Source of the DNA: Paramoeba atlantica | Taxonomy: Eukaryota; Protista; Discosea | Assembly (NCBI GenBank): GCA_977017575.1 | Contig: CDRNVI010000045.1 | Coordinates: forward strand, 62,001 to 126,000 | Length of the DNA stretch: 64,000 nucleotides | Direction: 5' to 3' | Notes under the pieces: model-generated | Database searches by the model: none | Seen by the model: only the letters and a program-made list of their open reading frames with translations | Told to the model about the DNA's origin: nothing | Position numbers and translations under genes: made by a program | In this document: in pieces, positions 55,155 to 64,000 of the stretch | Layout: each line of letters begins with the position of its first letter | How positions within the stretch are numbered: the first letter of the stretch is position 1

Positions 55155-57059
55155 TCACAGCCTGGGAGGACTTCGTCCCGGTTTAGCTACACGTTCCGAT
55201 ATCTCGCGAGACGCGAACTCTCGGAGCTCGCTTCCCTCCTCTTGACGTACACTCTGCTGACAATGAGGAGCCGGGATACCACTTTCCCTTTGTGCGCCGA
55301 CACATCGCTTCATCCCCTCCACAAGTAGTTTTTTGAGCTCCTTTCCCTTTTCCAGATCTGATAATGTTTTGGGAAAACGCCAAGCCAGCCAACAGTATGC
55401 CTCAAGTAGACGATAGCGCCACTCCAGACGCTTAAGGTCTGAATCAATGGCGGCACTCAGAGCGTCGCCTAGCTCTACTTTGTGTGGAGGAGTACAATGG
55501 GCCTGTGCCCACGCGTGCACCAACTGATAGGACTCCCGAGAATTATCACTCAGGGGGACAAAACAAAACAGAATTTTATCGGCCAACGGCAAAGGCACGT
55601 CATCGAGTATGCGTGACATGGGAAGAAGTGAGCGTGAGATATCACACACGTGAAAGTATTTCACTGTCGTGGATTCCCGCACAAACGCCTGAAGCAACTC
55701 GGAAAATCGAGTGAGTTCTTTACGAAGCGTGGCGTAAATGTGTAAAATATCGACCGTGGGCAACAGCCCAGCGGTGGTTACCGGGGACAAGCGGCTAGCG
55801 AATGCGGCACGAATGACTTCGTTGTCTCTTGAATGAAAGGAAGTGACATATCCCGCATCCGCAAAACTTAGTCCGAAGCGTCCCGCTCTTCCCCCAATCT
55901 GTAGCACTTGACTTGTGCTGAGTGGGGCCATGGTGCGCCCGTTGTATTTTTGTGTAGTGGAAAATATGATTCGTCGAATGTTCATGTTTAGACCGTAGGC
56001 TATAGCGTCCGTGCTGACAAGAACGTGAAACTTCCCATTTTCCACTCCGGCGTTGTATGCGTCACACTGCGCTTGACGAACATCGAAGGGAAGCCCACCA
56101 TAAATAATGTTCACCACAGCCTCAGGATGTGCGGCCTCAATACGTTGCCTCATTTGAAATACCCCATTACGCGAAAACACGACAATACAGTCCCCACGAG
56201 AGAGATCTTTAAGATTCGGACTCACGGGATCATGTTCCAAGCGTAAAGGAACCAGACGATTGTGTTGCACAATTTCGAGATTATCCCAATCTCGGGTCGC
56301 GTAGAGTAAATGTTCCACAACATTGAGCGCACGAAACTCGCCACATAAATGTATCTCCCGTGCGGGAAGGCCCAGAAGCGCCCGGGTCCAGGCCCATCCT
56401 CTATCCTTATCCTCGATAAGTTGAATCTCATCAATCACACCAACCTCCACCATCTCATCGATAGGCGTCATCTCCATCGTGCATGAGACATGTTCAGCAA
56501 ATCCGGGAAAAACTCTCTCATCCCCGATAAGCAAATCACACGGTGTGACGTCGTTGATTCGACGCCATACTTGTGCGGCCAGCGCTTTCAGCGGGGCGCA
56601 GTACACTCCGGACTTTGCTTTCGTAAGTCTCTCCAGTGCAGCGTGTGTTTTACCCGAGTTAGTCGGTCCTGCGTGGAAGATCACTTTTCGACGCATTGCG
56701 CGAGCTTTCGGGTACCATCCCCACGGTTCATTCATGTGGACAACAGAAGGCGCTCGCATCGCAAAGTACCATTTCACAAATGTGGCACAGAATAACTCGA
56801 TTTTCTCAATGTCGGTTTTGCTTTTTAAGCACTCGATTTCATCTGCCTTCCATTGGTATATCGAAGCAAAATCACGGACTTGACGTAAACACGTCTCAAT
56901 CGCAGGTTCATGTAGTTCTTCTTTTAGTCGAGTTCGAATCGTGGAACTGCGGATCGCAAGTTCGTAAAAATATGCCCCTGGATCTCTAAACGGCGTACCG
57001 TTGGGACTTTTTACCAGAGATCGCAACCCCTTTTGAAGAGCGGTGAAGGATCTCCTCAT
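55155..57059 (-). CDS. SUV3: mitochondrial RNA helicase SUV3
   Basis: WYPKARAMRRKVIFHAGPTNSGKT, VIDEIQ, GWAWTRALLG, STDAIAYGLN, QIGGRAGRFG. Confidence 0.96.
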   Translation of the reverse strand: MRRSFTALQKGLRSLVKSPNGTPFRDPGAYFYELAIRSSTIRTRLKEELHEPAIETCLRQVRDFASIYQWKADEIECLKSKTDIEKIELFCATFVKWYFAMRAPSVVHMNEPWGWYPKARAMRRKVIFHAGPTNSGKTHAALERLTKAKSGVYCAPLKALAAQVWRRINDVTPCDLLIGDERVFPGFAEHVSCTMEMTPIDEMVEVGVIDEIQLIEDKDRGWAWTRALLGLPAREIHLCGEFRALNVVEHLLYATRDWDNLEIVQHNRLVPLRLEHDPVSPNLKDLSRGDCIVVFSRNGVFQMRQRIEAAHPEAVVNIIYGGLPFDVRQAQCDAYNAGVENGKFHVLVSTDAIAYGLNMNIRRIIFSTTQKYNGRTMAPLSTSQVLQIGGRAGRFGLSFADAGYVTSFHSRDNEVIRAAFASRLSPVTTAGLLPTVDILHIYATLRKELTRFSELLQAFVRESTTVKYFHVCDISRSLLPMSRILDDVPLPLADKILFCFVPLSDNSRESYQLVHAWAQAHCTPPHKVELGDALSAAIDSDLKRLEWRYRLLEAYCWLAWRFPKTLSDLEKGKELKKLLVEGMKRCVGAQRESGIPAPHCQQSVRQEEGSELREFASREISERVAKPGRSPPRL

Positions 57060-57453
57060 AGGGTATGCTTACCCTCTTTAAACTTGCGAAAGTTTATTCG
57101 CACTATTTCATGAATAGTAGGATAAAACTACAAAATGTAACGGTCCTTATAGAATTCAGCAGAACTAAACCGTAGTCACGAGTGAAACATGAACATCGAG
57201 CACAAGAGCCCATAATCACCCGAACGTTTTTAATGCACTATACAATTCATACAGGTAAATACGCGGTGCAGGTACATGTGAGGACAAATAAAAAATGAGT
57301 ACGGGATTCCAGTTCGGTACTTGCTTCACTCACTGTATCCTACATTTGGTAGGGGAACCCATTCGTAAAGGACAATAAAGATTTCGAAAAAGGGAGAGCA
57401 GATTGCGATAAAACGTATTCCCTGTTTTCTACACTTTTCGTGCGTTATCTTTC

Positions 57454-59679
57454 TCACTTCCTATTGGCGGTGATCATCTTAAGCATTTCGACGTGAATTG
57501 CCTCCAACACGTGCAACCCATGATCTCGATGCACCAAAATCCAGTCCTTTTCCAACCCTCGATAACAAACTACGTTGGGAAATGTCTGTGCAAGCTTTTC
57601 AAACTCCTGGCTAAGGACAGACCCTTGTCGCGTTCGGAAGGAGGCCAACTCGGAATCTCGTGAAATCGAGCTCCTCGGGTCCGAGAAATGCTCATCCACA
57701 ACGTGGGGTTCGACGGCAACAAAGAGATACTGCGCCGTGGCGCTGTTTAACGCGCCAAGGACCAGACAGTCTCGCGCTGGGCTGTTCTCCAATAGTTTTT
57801 CCTTCTCCCGCTGTCGCTTTTGTGGGGCCTCACGCCCTGAACGGCGTGCGCGGGATTGTTTTCGGTTTCGTGAGACCAACTCGTTAGTGAGATATTGTCC
57901 CAGACACCGCAGCGTGGAAGGATTCAGATAATGTACCGGGAGATCCTCCTCCTGTAATAACACATACGAGAACGTCTTCGTAGACTTCATCTCCCCCCGC
58001 TGCAGCAACCGGGTCGCGGTTTGCGCCAAATCTTTATAAAACGCCGCACACTGCGCGACGTGGGTACGTGTCACCGTCGCCCTCTCCGCCTTCATCAACT
58101 CCACCGCCTGAAAAAACGCGACCCGGCGAGCGGCACTTCCCCCTTGTGGGTTACCCCTCCCCGCCCCCTCCTCCCCAGTAACTTGGTTATCTCCCTCCCC
58201 CGCATTCGCCACCACCCCCAGCGCCGCCCGGGCCACATCCCCGGCCCCGTACCCCGTACTGTACCCGGTGTGTTTCCGCACCGAGGGGAACACCAGCCCC
58301 CGCCCGAGCGTCGTCCCGGGGTACCCCGTGCCGCTGAGCCCCGCGACCACCTCCTGCCGCCGCCCCGCGGGGAGCTCCCCCCACGGGCCCTTGGCCTCCC
58401 GCACGGTCACCCCGCGCGAGACCAGCAGGTGCTGGACCCGCTCCCGCGCGAGGCTCTCCCCGTGGAGCAGCCCCAGGCGGTGGGCGCTGAACGGGGAGAC
58501 CGCGAGGGCCTCCCAGAGCGACCAGTGCGGGAGGAACAGCAGCGGGGTCTCCACGGCGTTCACCAGGCGCGTGCGGTGGTAGGCCACCACGCGGAGGCCC
58601 TCGGTGCCGGGCCCGGGGTCGGGCGCACGGAGACTACGGGGGGGCTCGGCCTCCCCCGGGGGGGCTACGACGGGGGGGGGCGCCAGCGCCCGGGCATCGG
58701 ATTTGGAGAGTTTAAAAACGTTCACGGCGTCCTGGATACGGAGCATCTCGGTGGTGTAGGGGGAGGGGGAGGGGAGACCGAGGGCGGGGTGGTGGTAGGC
58801 GGTGAGGGCGAGGGCACGAAACCAGAGGGTGTCCTCCTCCATGGTGGGGCGGAGCTGGCGGGAGATTTCGAACCAGAACAGGGAGGGGGAGGTGTTGGGG
58901 AGGGCACTGCGGAGGTAGGCCGCGCGGCGGGGGGCGGAGAGGTCCTGGAGGGTGCTCCAGGAAAAGGGGCGGGGTTTTTGGGGGGGCGCCCCCGGTTGCG
59001 GTTCGCTGTCCGAGTCGGTTTCGTCCTCGCTTGAGGAGGAAGTGGAGTCGTCGGAGAAATCAAGGGAGGGATCACTTTTTGCGTGCTTTCTCTGGGTGCT
59101 CTCCCCTTCTTGTGTAGCATCTGAAGTCCGTGTGGAGCGCTGAGATTTTCGTTCATACCTCTGTCGTTTCGATTCCCTTTTTTGTGTGCGCCACGCATCA
59201 CGGAAGTAAAGCTCAAGCTCCTGCTGCAAGTTTCCTCCGTCCCACAGGTAGAGACGAGCTGAGGGGTGTAATAACGTGGAAAGGGCCACTGAGCCAACGC
59301 TATCCATAACATGGACATGAAATCTGTGTAAAGCAGGCAGAAGCGCCGTAAGATCCAATGTTGCGCCACAATTCAACAATATGAGCTGGACGGATTCTTC
59401 CTCAGGTTCGTCCGCTCTAGATGAATTCTTCTCACCCTCGTCGACTTGAAAATCAGAGTGGGACGAAATCACCGCATGCACGTCATCACGGGTGTAGACT
59501 ACGTGAAGTTCAAAAGCAATGCTATCGGCCTCAAAGCATTTTTGTAACAGACACCACGTAGCCGCAGTGTCAACGGAAAGTAAGCAAAATATGTGAACTG
59601 GAGTGGAGGAACTTCGGTACGCTTGCCGGATACGATCGTATGCCGTTAAATATGCCTCAGGCGGAACAAACACGACCAT
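57454..59679 (-). CDS. CDC45: replication initiation factor CDC45
   Basis: VHIFCLLSVDTAA, LILLNCGATLDL, VHVMDS, acidic insert, LLFLPHWSLWEAL, FEKLA...V near the C-terminus. Confidence 0.9.
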   Translation of the reverse strand: MVVFVPPEAYLTAYDRIRQAYRSSSTPVHIFCLLSVDTAATWCLLQKCFEADSIAFELHVVYTRDDVHAVISSHSDFQVDEGEKNSSRADEPEEESVQLILLNCGATLDLTALLPALHRFHVHVMDSVGSVALSTLLHPSARLYLWDGGNLQQELELYFRDAWRTQKRESKRQRYERKSQRSTRTSDATQEGESTQRKHAKSDPSLDFSDDSTSSSSEDETDSDSEPQPGAPPQKPRPFSWSTLQDLSAPRRAAYLRSALPNTSPSLFWFEISRQLRPTMEEDTLWFRALALTAYHHPALGLPSPSPYTTEMLRIQDAVNVFKLSKSDARALAPPPVVAPPGEAEPPRSLRAPDPGPGTEGLRVVAYHRTRLVNAVETPLLFLPHWSLWEALAVSPFSAHRLGLLHGESLARERVQHLLVSRGVTVREAKGPWGELPAGRRQEVVAGLSGTGYPGTTLGRGLVFPSVRKHTGYSTGYGAGDVARAALGVVANAGEGDNQVTGEEGAGRGNPQGGSAARRVAFFQAVELMKAERATVTRTHVAQCAAFYKDLAQTATRLLQRGEMKSTKTFSYVLLQEEDLPVHYLNPSTLRCLGQYLTNELVSRNRKQSRARRSGREAPQKRQREKEKLLENSPARDCLVLGALNSATAQYLFVAVEPHVVDEHFSDPRSSISRDSELASFRTRQGSVLSQEFEKLAQTFPNVVCYRGLEKDWILVHRDHGLHVLEAIHVEMLKMITANRK

Positions 59680-60649
59680 ACAGTGACATGAAGTGAAGAG
59701 AGGATAAAGCTATAGGGGACCACAGTTATATGCACTTTGTGCTAAAGTGTGATCTGGTTCGTTCTAAGGTCGCAATGCTATAGTAGATCATACATGTATA
59801 GATGTATTATTAATTTTTTCAATAATTATTATTAATAATTTTTATTAAAAAGAAAGAGTCAATTACTAATAATAGTAAGCACTACTCCAACCTACCCTAC
59901 TGTAATATTAATAATTATTAATAATTTTGCATTTCAGTTTTTTGGTCCGCGTTATTACCATCGGTGAGATCAAACAAGATCAAATAAAGTGGAAGCACGT
60001 CGCATATACGTCATACGTAAGAGACAGTAAAGAATTCTGAAGTATGTAGGTCTTCATAGACATCCGTGAAGTCCATGAAGTCTTCATGTATAAACTGTCA
60101 AGCTTAAATGGAGTGACACGTTGACATGATCATTCAGAGCTGCATTCTCCTTTTTAAAACTAGACCTTTAATATCTATTTTTTTAGGATACATTTCGACT
60201 GCATTTATTAAAAAATAATTTTGAAAATATGCAAACTTGGTTCAATCTGACGAGGTTTACTCGACGCAGCTAACAAGCAGGGGTCGGAATAACTTTATAT
60301 AGTTTATATATAGGTAAAAAAAAATAAAGGTACTATGAAGTACCTATACTACCTTTAAAGCTTTATGTACCTATAATTTTAGAGGTCGACTTTTTGTGCA
60401 ATTTGGGTGAAGAATCTGTGCAGTCTGGGTGCTCGGGTCGCGGAGAGTAGGTCTTGTTGGAGGGAATGGTTTTTCTGATTACCTAAAATACATAGGAAAC
60501 AATCTTGCACAGGTATACAGTCAGTAACAATATTTTCAACAGCATTTCGAACGGGCAGTGCGTTCGATGAATCATTCATCCAACGGGCACTGCTGCACGA
60601 ATTTTTTGTTTCGATTTTTTTTGAGGAATTCGAACATTACCCCATCTCG

Positions 60650-60985
60650 GTTACATGTCGGGAGGCAAGGCCCAACTGTGAGCGAAGCCCAAGTAGGCAA
60701 GCAAGGCCCCCGTTTGCGAGCAAGGCCCAACTGTGAGCGTAGCCCTGGGACATAATTATAATTTTTGGCGACCCGCGCACTGAGGACCTGTGTCTGCCAC
60801 TTCCGCAGGATTGTGTATTCGTTTTCCTATACTGCGACACCTAGTTTACGTGTCTGGAGGCAAGGCCCAACTGTGAGCGTAGCCCTGGGATATAATTGTA
60901 TTTTTTGGCGACCCGCGCGCTCCAGCGCACGGGTCGCGCACTGAGGACCTGTGTCTGCCACTTCCGCAGGATTGTGTATTTGTAA
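60650..60985. repeat. direct repeats (~110 bp twice; CAAGGCCCAACTGTGAGCG three times)
   Basis: ~60718-60820 recurs at ~60858-60980 with a small insertion. Confidence 0.8.
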
Positions 60986-61043
60986 GTTATGATTTTATAT
61001 TTGTAAACTTATGAAGCAAGAGTTTTAAGAATCCTTCTGCTTT

Positions 61044-63476
61044 TTGATAACTTTTCGGATTTCTTTGTGTCTCATGGATCAAGGTAGCAGCCAGGAGCAT
61101 GATGCAGACCGAAACGAGCGAATGTTCGCCCGATTTATGGCTCTCCTGGAAACTGCTACTTACGAGCGGCCGCCTACTGGGCTGCGTGAATTACCTCCTC
61201 CCCAACAAGAACAACTCGATTTCTCTACTTGGCGCAGACGACCTGTTCCTGTCCCGCTTTTACATGTGTTTCTCATTGGCGGAGTATTACAGATATTCCA
61301 CAAGGACGGATGCAACAAGGACTGGTGCAGAAGACTGGATGCGGAATCATGATTTGTTTTTCCCACCTATTTGTCCTTCGCACGGGATGCACTTTATGTC
61401 CGACGTTCCAGGGAAACCAAATCTAAGTATGTGTGGGCATCGAGAACCCGGCAAGGTGAACCGTTTCCGATTGAAAGTTTGTAAGTGGTCACCATTTATT
61501 TCTCCCCGTACGCAACTTACTCCCGGGCAAGTCTTGCTCGTATGGAGAGACATTGCGAACAACATGTGCACGGGTCAGATAACGCGTAATCGTGGACTTG
61601 ATCGCAAGGTGGTTCAGGATCTCCTGCACACTCTTGCGGATGCAGCGCTCCGTAACGAAACCATGTCTCATTATGAATTCAGTCAAGTGCAGGTCGATGA
61701 GACCTTCATCGGGAAACGGAAGTATAATCGGGACCGTAGACAGCGGAAAAGGGGATGGTGGTTCGCAACTGTCACGGAGTCTCGTTGGGGGCTTACAATG
61801 GTTTGGACAAAGTTTGTCGTCACTACTCCGTGAATCATAGTAAGGAGTTTGTGAACGAGAACGGGTATCATACTAATGGTGCTGGGAGTGTCCACAACAC
61901 CATTAAGTACTGTGACCCCCCCCCTTTAATATGCACACGTTTTTGGAGTTTGTGCATAATAAAGGCCGCATAATGAAGCGGCGCCGATTTTTTTCTTTCA
62001 TATTATTTTCCATGTGCCCCCCCTTTTATTAGGGCCTTTTGCCCAAAATCGGAGTCCTATTAAATAGGGGGGGATAGTAGTTACTAATGTAACTGATTCA
62101 TAGGATACTATAATATTATTTCGATTGTTGAACGCCCATAGTAGAATATGCCTGGAGAAGCACTCCGAGGACTTACACGACACCGAGTAAAAACCACAGG
62201 AATTTGTGTCGACCACCTTCGGTTGCGGGCATCCGATCTGTGCTAGCGTATATCCTTGTACCTCACCTTTTACGAACATCGCCGTTTCGTCCCCGAAAAA
62301 AGCAAAACGATATTTCCGAACAGCATTCTGAAGGTAAAATTTTTGCGCCCACTGTGATATCCTATGTTCCACGTCTGCCGGAGCCAGGCACTGTATCCTT
62401 CCCCACCTTCTCCAAACCCACCCATAATGCTTCCGAAAGCGTGCATATGTGTCTTTCAATGCTGAAACCGAAGTCAACTTCGTGTTTTGGCGTATTAGAT
62501 CGATTACAATGGATTTGGTCAAGGGACACCACAAGGAAGATGCCTTTTCACAAGCACGATGAACTTCACACATTGCCTCTGCCTTATTGTACGTGACAGA
62601 CTCCGGGTCGTTGTAATCACCTCCTTTGGTGTTAAACCCTCTGTTACGATGCTGGTTCCCCATATCTCGATTTATTAATTTTTGATAATTCAATATCCCA
62701 GTCGCACGGATGTCGTACACTGTTCTCTGAGATATCCCGTACTTTTCTCGAATAGCCTTCACCGAATCCTGGGATCGACAAATCTCGCGTTTGTCGTAAA
62801 TTGTGAGTTCAACTCGCTGCCGCTTTTTTTCGTTTACCGTTGGAGGTGCATTCGTTTGTAGAACAGGTGCCCGTTCCCCTACCTGGGGGGAGGGTGGCGC
62901 TGACCGAGCCCAACTCGACAGCGGACCTTTTATCATATGCACGGTTGTCGGTACACCGTCCGTGTGCGGCATGTGTTGACGAAGAGAAACAGAAAGAGCA
63001 GATAGAGAAAGCTAAAAAGTCTACAGTATTGAGTAACTTAATGTTGGAAGTTGGTAGCCTAAGTGACTTTCCAAACAGAATAAAAAAAGAAAAAATCAAA
63101 TCGGTCCCACCACACGAACTTTCTTCAGCTTCAATTTTGTGCATATTAAAGGGGGGGTCCCACCACACAAATTTTCTTCAGCCTCAATTTTGTGCATATT
63201 AAAGGGGGGTAAGGGGGGGGGTGCATATTAAAGGGGGGGTCACAGTATTGGGTAAGACTCCAACACTATAATTTTGGGGCAACAACGTTGGAGCTGCAAC
63301 GAAACGTCGCGCTCCAGTGTGTAAAGTATGGGGATACCCATAATGGCCGCGAGCAGTCTTGGCAGAGTCGCTTTGTTAATATAATGAAGTGTATAAAAGA
63401 CAACTCCGGTTTTCCCATTCCCGAAGAATTTGAGGAACTCAGTTCCGATAGTTGCGCATCAGACTACGAGGGATGA
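61044..63476 (+). mobile_element. degenerate Merlin transposase interrupted by a pogo element
   Basis: VQVDETFIGKRKYNR, VNHS, HTNGAGSVHNTIKY|WVRL reads across the insertion; TIRs not found. Confidence 0.8.
61910..63245 (-). mobile_element. pogo/Tc5-like transposon (1336 bp) with truncated CENP-B-type transposase (61998-62972)
   Basis: TA|CTGTGACCCCCCCCCTTTAATATGCAC ... GTGCATATTAAAGGGGGGGTCACAG|TA; HTH plus FFGDETAMF; three subterminal GTGCATATTAAAGGGGGG motifs. Confidence 0.9.
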
Positions 63477-63794
63477 CGCTTTTTATAATATTTGTTCATA
63501 CGCAGTCTTTTTTTGTGTATTACTTATTTTGCTGGGACTCAGGGCTCAACCTGACTGGATAAAAAAACAAGAAAAAATAAAAAAACTAAAACAAAATTGT
63601 TTTGGGCGCAAGAATACCATGTAAGCAAGGTTTAATCCTTCAAGGCATAAAGATGCTGTTTCTGTACGTGTCCTCACGATCCCTATTACTGCGCGCAAGG
63701 GCTATAACCTTTTCCAACGGTAATTCAGTCTCGCTTACAATAAAAAACCTAGCTCCGTTCGTCGAGCTTTTTTTACAAAAGAAATTGCGTTTTT

Positions 63795-63930
63795 ATTCAT
63801 CGAACAGGGCATCCTGTTCGATGAATGATTCATCGAACGGGTCGTACTGCAATCCATTCATCGAATAGAATGTCCTGTTCGATGAATATTCATCGAACGC
63901 ATTGTCCGTTCGATGAATATTCATCGAGTG
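63795..63930. repeat. array of 22-23-bp palindromes GTTCGATGAAT(G)ATTCATCGAAC
   Basis: 63816-63838, 63877-63898, 63908-63927; related copy at 60562-60584. Confidence 0.85.
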
Positions 63931-64000
63931 CCCCCCCTCCCCCAAGGTTTATTACTAATAAGACTGGACGAATTTAGCTCGACTTTCTGTATCAATCCGA

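Overview
Eukaryotic protist DNA, most likely a kinetoplastid/euglenozoan (inference). All 16 or so host genes are intronless and on the minus strand, as in a polycistronic directional gene cluster, and fragments of a kinetoplastid-type spliced-leader (SL) exon occur five times. Host genes: partial TLC-domain protein, mitochondrial bL12, a PIP-box protein, NSA2, IscA/HesB, canopy-like protein, CRT-like transporter, Obg GTPase, DUF4379-like Zn-ribbon protein, NPSN/VTI1-like Qb-SNARE, SPT6, SUV3, CDC45, and four LRR paralogs (two damaged). Between them lies a dense, nested mobilome: three Merlin (IS1595-like) elements, one intact with TIRs and an 8-bp TSD; pogo/Tc1 elements and many TA-flanked MITEs; CRE/SLACS-like relics; a gag-like ORF; and hairpin-ended repeats with G-tract arrays. 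Most notable: (1) a ~5.6-kb HERO-like RLE retrotransposon whose 5' end is the 3' half of an SL exon and whose N-terminus has six HFM1-like Zn fingers; (2) a family of short structured elements headed by SL exon nt ~12-39 plus the GT splice donor, one of which interrupts an LRR gene; (3) an intact RT-less RLE endonuclease ORF co-oriented with the host genes; (4) sharply bounded ~80% GC islands inside single ORFs. All assignments come from manual motif reading; no searches were run.
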